24,418 nucleotides of DNA from IMG/VR virus record IMGVR_UViG_3300020042_008368, positions 1-24,418 of that record; one strand, 5' to 3'. Origin of the DNA: a virus (lineage: Duplodnaviria > Caudoviricetes). Below are positions 14,992 to 21,144 of this stretch, piece by piece (position 1 is the stretch's first letter; each line of letters begins with the position of its first letter). Below the pieces are notes generated by a model, which had not been told where the DNA came from, ran no database searches, and saw only the letters and a list, made by a program, of their open reading frames with translations. The position numbers and the translations under genes are program-made.

Positions 14992-15498
14992 TTAATATCT
15001 AGAAACCAAGTAACACCAATTGGCATCAGGCTTTGGATACAAATCCATAACATCTCCAGGAGCCATTAGGTTAGCAGGATTACCAATATGACCACGACCC
15101 ATATGATGGCCTAGCTCATGAGCCAGCACTACGCCATCACCCTTCTTAAAGAGCACAACGCCTTTGCCAGGCTTAGACTGTCCAAGGATAAATCCCTTAT
15201 AGGCCCCAAGTAGAACCTTAACACCATAACCAGGTATGGATGCATTAAGCATTTCAAAAACCTCGTTAGTGGTCTTGTCGTTTACTGCAATTGGATAGTC
15301 TGAATAGGAGTAACTTATCTTCATGTTGCAGTTTCTTTTATAGAGAGAGCAGCACATATCAGTGATCTCTTTAAACTCAACCATGAGTTTATCTAGGCGC
15401 TTCTGAGTAACTTTGGCGTTCTCTGTGCGACCGAAGTTTAGCGTTAAGGCGTGAGTGTTAAAGCACACGAAAGCCAGTAGCAATCCAAGTTTTCCCAT
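14992..15498 (-). CDS. Secreted metzincin-type zinc metallopeptidase
   Basis: Signal peptide MGKLGLLLAFVCFNTHA, HELGHHMGRGH (HExxHxxGxxH), Met-turn NLMAP; RBS GGAGG. Confidence 0.8.
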   Translation of the reverse strand: MGKLGLLLAFVCFNTHALTLNFGRTENAKVTQKRLDKLMVEFKEITDMCCSLYKRNCNMKISYSYSDYPIAVNDKTTNEVFEMLNASIPGYGVKVLLGAYKGFILGQSKPGKGVVLFKKGDGVVLAHELGHHMGRGHIGNPANLMAPGDVMDLYPKPDANWCYLVSRY

Positions 15499-15522
15499 TG
15501 TCCCCTCCCAGGTAACTCCATA

Positions 15523-15554
15523 AAGTTTACATTGTATTTTTCATATGTAAAGAT
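15523..15554. promoter_or_regulatory. Palindromic TTTACA-N14-TGTAAA element: overlapping divergent promoters or an operator
   Basis: TTTACA at 15526-15531 and TGTAAA at 15546-15551, in the 77-bp gap between divergent genes 15498(-) and 15576(+). Confidence 0.5.
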
Positions 15555-15575
15555 GCGCCACGCGGAGGAATTCTT

Positions 15576-15710
15576 ATGCCTTTAAAAAAAGGGTCCAGCT
15601 CTAAAACAGTTTCAAGCAATATAAAGAAGTTAAAAAAGGAAGGTATTCCAAAGAATCAAGCTATCGCTATAAGCTTATCTTCTGCGGGAAAGTATAAAAA
15701 GAAAAAATGA
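15576..15710 (+). CDS. Small basic phage protein (44 aa)
   Basis: [52 protein letters not shown]; the MPLKKG...QAIAIAL pattern is common in phages. Confidence 0.75.
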   Translation: MPLKKGSSSKTVSSNIKKLKKEGIPKNQAIAISLSSAGKYKKKK

Positions 15711-15724
15711 AGTACAATAAATAC

Positions 15725-15797
15725 GTTGTCCCATGGTGTACGATTTCTTTTTTAAAAATCTTAGGTGACTTCCTGTTTCTTTCTACCATGGGACAAC
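15725..15797. repeat. Perfect 13-bp inverted repeat enclosing 47 nt
   Basis: GTTGTCCCATGGT (15725-15737) / ACCATGGGACAAC (15785-15797), inside a 32-codon ORF at 15707-15805. Confidence 0.7.
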
Positions 15798-15819
15798 ACC
15801 TTTAGTGACAGCTTCACCC

Positions 15820-15888
15820 ATGCTAGACCTCATCATCCTAGTGGCCCTATTTCTTTTTATTGCGCTATGCTGTATGGTTTATAACTAG
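15820..15888 (+). CDS. Putative 22-aa hydrophobic membrane peptide
   Basis: MLDLIILVALFLFIALCCMVYN*. No clear RBS. Confidence 0.35.
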   Translation: MLDLIILVALFLFIALCCMVYN

Positions 15889-15897
15889 GAGGATTTC

Positions 15898-15957
15898 ATG
15901 AAGAAAAAAGTAAAAGCTGTTGTTAAACCAGCTAAAAAACCCGCTAAAAAAAAGTAA
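15898..15957 (+). CDS. 19-aa lysine-rich peptide (histone H1-like PAKK units)
   Basis: MKKKVKAVVKPAKKPAKKK* behind a strong AGGAGG RBS. Confidence 0.6.
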   Translation: MKKKVKAVVKPAKKPAKKK

Positions 15958-15973
15958 AGTATTAACACTACTG

Positions 15974-16013
15974 CTTAAGCTCCGCCTTGTTTGGTTAGGG
16001 GGCGGAGCTTAAG
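15974..16013. other. Strong intergenic hairpin (13-bp perfect stem)
   Basis: CTTAAGCTCCGCC (15974-15986) / GGCGGAGCTTAAG (16001-16013). There is no U-tract, so it is not a clear terminator. Confidence 0.65.
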
Positions 16014-16034
16014 GACTCCCGAAAGGAGCGTTTC

Positions 16035-16205
16035 ATGGAAGAAGTCTTTCAAAGGATTGATAAAATCCACGCTCTAATAGAGCTTCACAATTCTAGTGGC
16101 GAAGTTTCTAAATCCGATCTGATAGCTGAGCTCACATGGGCAGTCATCACACTTGAAGATCTCTGTTCTCAAAAAGAAAAAGAAAAAGCTAAAGACCTAT
16201 TGTGA
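16035..16205 (+). CDS. Hypothetical protein (56 aa)
   Basis: MEEVFQRIDKIHALIELHNSSGEVSKSDLIAELTWAVITLEDLCSQKEKEKAKDLL*; RBS AAGGAG. Confidence 0.65.
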   Translation: MEEVFQRIDKIHALIELHNSSGEVSKSDLIAELTWAVITLEDLCSQKEKEKAKDLL

Positions 16206-16514
16206 GTGCGTTGCATTAGCCCCCACAATAATATCGTGGACGACGACGACATACCTTTCGAAACTCAGTGTGCAGGTGAGCTTGTAGACCTAGCTCTTGA
16301 TTTTGTAGATGACTGGCCAGAGGAAGAAAAGGATGACGTCCTAATCGATATCTTTACAGAAGCTCTCTCTGGACTTCTGGTCGCCTTTAAGATCTGTAAC
16401 CCCACATACAGAAACGATCTCATCTTAAATGAATGCTTTGATAAAATCAGAGTTAAATTTAATAGTCGAACAAGAGAGCAGATCCTAATTGCACGTCCAG
16501 ACGAGATTAACTAA
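16206..16514 (+). CDS. Hypothetical protein with a highly acidic N-terminal half
   Basis: 17 D/E among residues 11-52; alternative GTG start at 16236. Confidence 0.6.
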   Translation: MRCISPHNNIVDDDDIPFETQCAGELVDLALDFVDDWPEEEKDDVLIDIFTEALSGLLVAFKICNPTYRNDLILNECFDKIRVKFNSRTREQILIARPDEIN

Positions 16515-16711
16515 TCGTGCCTATTAATCCCAAGACGTCCCTCAATCCTAGCTAGAGAGTCTCTGATGTCTGAAATCCTATCTTCAAGGTGATATAATTT
16601 ATCGACCTTCTCTTCAGTGTTCTTTACCTTACCCTCTAATCTTATTCCCCACACAACAAGGCCAAGAAAACCAGTCATATAGGCTAGTATGTCATTTGCT
16701 ATTTGAGGCAT
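16511..16711 (-). CDS. Putative holin/antiholin-like membrane protein
   Basis: One TM helix plus a coiled coil ending SLARIEGRL; directly downstream of the endolysin. Confidence 0.55.
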   Translation of the reverse strand: MPQIANDILAYMTGFLGLVVWGIRLEGKVKNTEEKVDKLYHLEDRISDIRDSLARIEGRLGINRHD

Positions 16712-16714
16712 GGG

Positions 16715-17341
16715 CTAAGCCACTCCTCGATCTTTTAGGATTTTCAAAACCACAGCAGCGCCTACCTGCTGAGATACAGATTCAGAATCATACTTACCGT
16801 CAGCAACATACCTGCCCTTGATATAATGATTTGAACCAGACCAAAGATAGGGACTGTTTAAGCCCTTCTTCTTGTAGCCAAGACCGTTATACCTTTCAAG
16901 GGCTGCGAGCTGCTTCTCAAGAGTATCAAGATTTTTTATCCCATCATAATTAAGGGCATCGATTGCAGAGAACTCCCACTCAAACGGGGGGTTTCCAGCC
17001 TTCGGCCTGCCAGCAGGGACCTGCCTAGTACGAGCGGTTAAAGGGTCTCCGTTGTGCAGATGTGTTTTAAAGTTACAATCAGATTCCATTAGGTGAATTA
17101 AACCAACGATAAACCAAGGAACATTTGCATGAGCAGCAACGTCTGCATATCGATCCTTGTTCTTTTGAACCAGGTCGGTCTTAGCTACAGCACGAGCCTC
17201 CCAAGATCCACGTATGTGCATCGAGTTATACATCTCCGTGTATTTGCCGCCTGACCCTGCAACAGGCGCGGGCTTATCCTTAGGGGACTTAGATCCAAAC
17301 AGCATTTCAATGATTGATTCCAACCACTCTAAAAATTTCAT
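16715..17341 (-). CDS. Endolysin, lysozyme-family
   Basis: VPWFIVGLIHLMES...HLHNGDPL.ART..VPAGRP...ERYNGLGY...SPYLWSGSNHY.KG.YVADG...SQQVGAA; located in the lysis cassette. Confidence 0.85.
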   Translation of the reverse strand: MKFLEWLESIIEMLFGSKSPKDKPAPVAGSGGKYTEMYNSMHIRGSWEARAVAKTDLVQKNKDRYADVAAHANVPWFIVGLIHLMESDCNFKTHLHNGDPLTARTRQVPAGRPKAGNPPFEWEFSAIDALNYDGIKNLDTLEKQLAALERYNGLGYKKKGLNSPYLWSGSNHYIKGRYVADGKYDSESVSQQVGAAVVLKILKDRGVA

Positions 17342-17619
17342 TTCTTTTTCTCCGGAAGCAATTGTTCTAAGAGCTGGTTGAACTTCTCGCCATGGATAGC
17401 TACATATTTTCTAGCTTCTGGCTTGCAGAAAGAAATGAACTCTAATTTTCCGTTGTTGAGTTTTCTATAAAACCCATATTGGTTGAGTTCGGGAAGTTCT
17501 TTGCAGAGCTCTGCGCTCATCCCATTGTTTAACCATATCTCAGCAAGAACTTGCTTGCGTGTAGTGCCTGCGCAACTATTCAACGCCAGGAAGCTTATCA
17601 ACAATAACTGCGCCCGCAT
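17338..17619 (-). CDS. Putative outer-membrane spanin (Rz1-like lipoprotein)
   Basis: Likely start ATG 17619 after GGAGG: MRAQLLLISFLALNSC. It overlaps the 3' end of the upstream TM gene. Confidence 0.6.
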   Translation of the reverse strand: MRAQLLLISFLALNSCAGTTRKQVLAEIWLNNGMSAELCKELPELNQYGFYRKLNNGKLEFISFCKPEARKYVAIHGEKFNQLLEQLLPEKKK

Positions 17620-17830
17620 CTCCAGATACCTCCCCAGGGGTTTTGCTACCAATAGATCTCTCAAGTTCTCTTTGATCATGATCTATCAGCGCCGACCTTA
17701 TAGCCTTAATGTTTTCCGAACGCATTGTTTCAATGCGCAAGTTTACATACTGGGCCACTAAGGTCTGTATCCATTTATCAACAATCGGAATTGCTTTTGC
17801 AATTGCCAAGAGAAGAGAAATTATACTCAT
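17576..17830 (-). CDS. Putative inner-membrane spanin (Rz-like)
   Basis: N-terminal hydrophobic segment and helical remainder, overlapped by a lipoprotein gene. Confidence 0.5.
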   Translation of the reverse strand: MSIISLLLAIAKAIPIVDKWIQTLVAQYVNLRIETMRSENIKAIRSALIDHDQRELERSIGSKTPGEVSGDAGAVIVDKLPGVE

Positions 17831-17832
17831 GA

Positions 17833-18006
17833 TTATTTCTTAGAGAACTTCTCGATTATTTCAGAAATCTTTTTAAGAGCCTTCTCAGGCTGCTCTCCGG
17901 GGACAAGCATGAAGAGTGCTATCAAAGAAAGAAGCACAGCGTTCCCTGCTGCAACGTAAGGCCCAATGTTTTGTAGAATTTGCAAAAGTTTTTGAACTAG
18001 TTCCAT
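17833..18006 (-). CDS. Putative holin (57 aa), missed by the ORF track
   Basis: MELVQKLLQILQNIGPYVAAGNAVLLSLIALFMLVPGEQPEKALKKISEIIEKFSKK*. RBS GGGGGAG; first gene of the lysis cassette. Confidence 0.6.
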   Translation of the reverse strand: MELVQKLLQILQNIGPYVAAGNAVLLSLIALFMLVPGEQPEKALKKISEIIEKFSKK

Positions 18007-18024
18007 ATTCTCCCCCAGCCATCT

Positions 18025-18033
18025 AATGTATCA
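18025..18033 (-). promoter_or_regulatory. Putative extended -10 promoter (TGaTACATT) for the lysis cassette
   Basis: Intergenic, about 20 nt upstream of ATG 18006. Shares the context GTTT(G)ACGTG with the 4954-4970 site. Confidence 0.4.
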
Positions 18034-18047
18034 CGTAAACAATTACG

Positions 18048-18896
18048 TCACGGTGTGTCGGAGGAATTCTTAATAAGACGCATGTCGCCAGATTTTAGAG
18101 CAGCGATCTCTGTTACGGTTCCGGTCATTCCCTTTTCACGCGCATACTTCTCAGCGCTTCCCTTAAACTTCTCGGACATTTGCTCAAGAAACTCGAGAGT
18201 CATAATATAAGTTGGCTCTCCCCCCTGAATAATAATATCGGCCTCTCTACGCAAATACCTAGAGACTTCTCTTTGGGCTACCGCACAGTTAATTCCTAAT
18301 TGAGAAAGATAGATAAGGTTGCCTTCATCAATAAGTCCACCGCGAGATCTTGCGGCATTAAGTCCCTGCTCAAAAGCCTTCTTAATATGATAGCGCTCTT
18401 CTTCTAATTCGAAATCAATCTCGTTAAAGTCTTTAATCCCACGAGCCTTCATGATGGATTCATATTGGATTTGATAATTAGCAAGCTTCCGAATCGCGCC
18501 ACTAATATTTCCTCGGACAACCTCGAGACTACAGGCTAGTTCCATGATGTCTAACTCTATTAGTCTAGCTTTTAGCGGACACTCCTCAGTAAGGAGATCC
18601 TTTTTCTTTAACTCAATCTCAACTTCTTTCTTGAGACATTTGATGTGAGCTTCTTTAAGAGCTTCGCGAGTCTTGTTCATCTCAGCAAGGATTTGCCGAA
18701 GGTTTCTGTAGTCAGAGTTATGCGAGACAGTGAGCATGTTATCCATGAACTGACTCTGTGTTTTATTAAAAAGACTTGTGGCACGAACTATTTCTGGCAG
18801 CCCCTTATCAACTATATCGAGCATCATCCTATGCTCAGGCATTGCCTCTACAAGAACCGATAAAGTATTTCTGTCTGCTACTGTTAGTTCATCCAT
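18048..18896 (-). CDS. Coiled-coil protein downstream of the tail fibre (function unknown)
   Basis: 282 aa, helical; coupled to the 81-aa gene. Confidence 0.75.
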   Translation of the reverse strand: MDELTVADRNTLSVLVEAMPEHRMMLDIVDKGLPEIVRATSLFNKTQSQFMDNMLTVSHNSDYRNLRQILAEMNKTREALKEAHIKCLKKEVEIELKKKDLLTEECPLKARLIELDIMELACSLEVVRGNISGAIRKLANYQIQYESIMKARGIKDFNEIDFELEEERYHIKKAFEQGLNAARSRGGLIDEGNLIYLSQLGINCAVAQREVSRYLRREADIIIQGGEPTYIMTLEFLEQMSEKFKGSAEKYAREKGMTGTVTEIAALKSGDMRLIKNSSDTP

Positions 18897-19134
18897 AAAG
18901 CTTGCATATAAACTCTAGATAAACTTCCTCGTAATTACTATATCCACGATTTTTTATTTCTTTAAATAGCTCATCTTTAGATAGTCTCTTCACGCTAGCT
19001 GGAACATATCGTTCATCAGAATCCACAGACACTCCTATGAATTCATGATCCTTATAAAAGTATCCGCCATCAAGAACGAAGACGGGGACAGATCCATCCC
19101 CGTCTAATTTATAGCGAATAATTTCTCTAGGCAT
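18889..19134 (-). CDS. Small hypothetical protein adjacent to the tail fibre
   Basis: Starts immediately after the fibre stop codon. Confidence 0.7.
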   Translation of the reverse strand: MPREIIRYKLDGDGSVPVFVLDGGYFYKDHEFIGVSVDSDERYVPASVKRLSKDELFKEIKNRGYSNYEEVYLEFICKLYG

Positions 19135-21123
19135 TTATAGTCCGCCGTGAGCATTCGATAATGCCGATGTAGCATTTCTAGCAAAAGTTAGATCCCCAAA
19201 ATCTGTAGCATTAGCCGTGCTAGCAATAGTTACATAATCAATTACGTTCGAGTCAGATCCAGTTGATCCTCCACCAAAAAGCCCCCTAGTTAAAGAAGAG
19301 CAAGCACCAAGATTATCTCTGGTAACATTAAGATCCCCAAAATCTGTTGCATTACCAGCGCTCGCAATTGTTACATAATCGATTACGTTTGATCTAGCTC
19401 CAGTAGATCCTCCACCAAAAAGCCCCCTAGTGGAAGATGAACAAGAACCAAGACTAGATCTAGCTACTGTAAGATCCCCAAAGTCAGTAGCATTACCTGT
19501 GCTAGCAATAGTTACATAATCAATTACGTTTGAAGAAGCTCCAGTAGATCCTCCACCAAATAGTCCTCTAGTAGATGAGGCACATCCTGCAGAACTAGCT
19601 CTTGCAACAGTAAGGTCTCCGAAGTCTGTCGCATTGCCAACAGTAGCAATAGTCACATAATCGATTACGTTTGATTGTGCTCCAGTGTCACCTCCACCAA
19701 ACAATCCTCGAGTAGACGAATTACAGGCCGCAATAGAAGTTCTAGTCACACTAGTGTCTCCAAAATCTGTAGCATTTCCAGCACTAGCTGTAGTCACATA
19801 ATCAATTACGTTAGAATTAGCGCCAGTATTTCCTCCTCCAAAAAGCCCTCTAGTAGACGAACCACATCCTGCTAATTGATATCTAGCTACTGTAAGATCC
19901 CCAAAGTCAGTAGCATTTCCCAAAGTAGGAATTGCTACATAATCAATTATGTTTGAAGAAGCTGCAATAAACCCGCCGCCAAACAACGCGCGTCCAGCAA
20001 CAGATTCTCCATCATATCTAGACACCCGATACCAATCAGTGCCATCAGATAAATAGGTAACCGATTGAAAGTTAGAATTTATAATATCGCTACCAGACCC
20101 AAAGTCGATAAGCTCACTACCAGCGCGCGCTACAGTAATTAAGTTCGTCGCAGCAAACCCCTTGTAGTCTTTGACTGTTACTTTAAACCCTGCGGTAGGG
20201 GTCGGTAAAGTAATCGTAATGGCCCCAGCAGAACAGTCGACAAGAATAGTTCTTCCATAATCAGCAGCTACAACGGTATAGTTTGTTGACTTCGCAGTGC
20301 CAGGAAGTGCGTCACCAAGAGAGCCAACAAGAAGCCATCGACCCGTTCCAGAGGTAGGCTGAATTACAGTAGTTGAGTTCTCTGTTGCAGAAGATGCTGA
20401 ATCAAACTTCCAAATAGTATTAGTGTCATCTTTAAGTCTAACTTGATTGTCTAATCTATCCGAAGTTCCTACAGCCTTAAGAGCCGTAGTATCTGCTACC
20501 GGAGTGCTCCAATAATCGACAATGCCAAGAGTTGCGCGAGCTGTAGCTGCGTCGGGGTCATCTAAAAGATTTTCTATGTAGGCGCTAACTGATAGCTCTC
20601 CTGCACTCGTAATATTGCTAAGAGCTGTTCCATCATTATTCCAACCAATAGCTCTGTTGGCGACAGGTATTGGAAGCTCGGTACTCACATCTGCAGAGGA
20701 TACAGATTCAGGAAGCCTAATGGACCGATCAATCTCTTCTTGTTGTTGTTGATCAACCATTATGAAATGATCGAACGCATCTTCATGAGTCTCAGGGAGA
20801 AACTCTCCTTGGTTTCTAATATCGGTTTCTTGCAAGATATCTCTCACCCTGCGAATAGTTAAAATGTAATCAGTTAACAAATCCCCATCAGCGTCTAACC
20901 ATGCTTGAGAAGAGTTAACTAAGACGATAGTCCCACCGCCTTCGTCACCGACTCCTGTAACTGTGTAGTCAGTAGTAAGGGTTAAAGTAGTTTCTGAATC
21001 GTTAGTGTCCCGAACTGTTACTCGAAGATCTTCTTGTGAGAAGATTCGGAATGTATATGAATAGGTATCAACCGCTCCATTACCCGTATAATCGACTCGG
21101 TTAATACTACTGGAAATTGTCAT
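19135..21123 (-). CDS. Tail fibre / receptor-binding protein with a T7 gp17-like N-terminal anchor and a C-terminal six-repeat propeller
   Basis: N-terminus YTGNG..TY.YTFRIF...DL.V...LTLTTDYTVTG; six 47-aa repeats RGLFGGG...NVIDYVTIA..GNATDFGDLTVAR. Confidence 0.85.
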   Translation of the reverse strand: MTISSSINRVDYTGNGAVDTYSYTFRIFSQEDLRVTVRDTNDSETTLTLTTDYTVTGVGDEGGGTIVLVNSSQAWLDADGDLLTDYILTIRRVRDILQETDIRNQGEFLPETHEDAFDHFIMVDQQQQEEIDRSIRLPESVSSADVSTELPIPVANRAIGWNNDGTALSNITSAGELSVSAYIENLLDDPDAATARATLGIVDYWSTPVADTTALKAVGTSDRLDNQVRLKDDTNTIWKFDSASSATENSTTVIQPTSGTGRWLLVGSLGDALPGTAKSTNYTVVAADYGRTILVDCSAGAITITLPTPTAGFKVTVKDYKGFAATNLITVARAGSELIDFGSGSDIINSNFQSVTYLSDGTDWYRVSRYDGESVAGRALFGGGFIAASSNIIDYVAIPTLGNATDFGDLTVARYQLAGCGSSTRGLFGGGNTGANSNVIDYVTTASAGNATDFGDTSVTRTSIAACNSSTRGLFGGGDTGAQSNVIDYVTIATVGNATDFGDLTVARASSAGCASSTRGLFGGGSTGASSNVIDYVTIASTGNATDFGDLTVARSSLGSCSSSTRGLFGGGSTGARSNVIDYVTIASAGNATDFGDLNVTRDNLGACSSLTRGLFGGGSTGSDSNVIDYVTIASTANATDFGDLTFARNATSALSNAHGGL
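19150..19995 (-). repeat. Six tandem 141-bp coding repeats
   Basis: Period 141 nt (47 aa), visible in both DNA and protein. Confidence 0.9.
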
Positions 21124-21144
21124 CGTTAAATTCTCCTCATCCTT

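Noticed and set aside
15974-16013. Rho-independent terminator
   Set aside because: Strong stem but no U-tract on either strand; reported as a hairpin only.
17620-17679. Longer N-terminus for the o-spanin-like ORF
   Set aside because: ATG 17619 has a GGAGG RBS and gives a normal-length lipoprotein signal.
19150-19995. CRISPR-like array suggested by regularly spaced repeats
   Set aside because: The period is 141 nt, the whole unit is homologous and it lies within an ORF. There are no unique spacers and no cas genes.
19135-21123. Diversity-generating retroelement as in BPP-1
   Set aside because: No reverse transcriptase or avd gene and no non-coding template repeat in the window. All repeats are in-frame coding and their differences are not adenine-specific.
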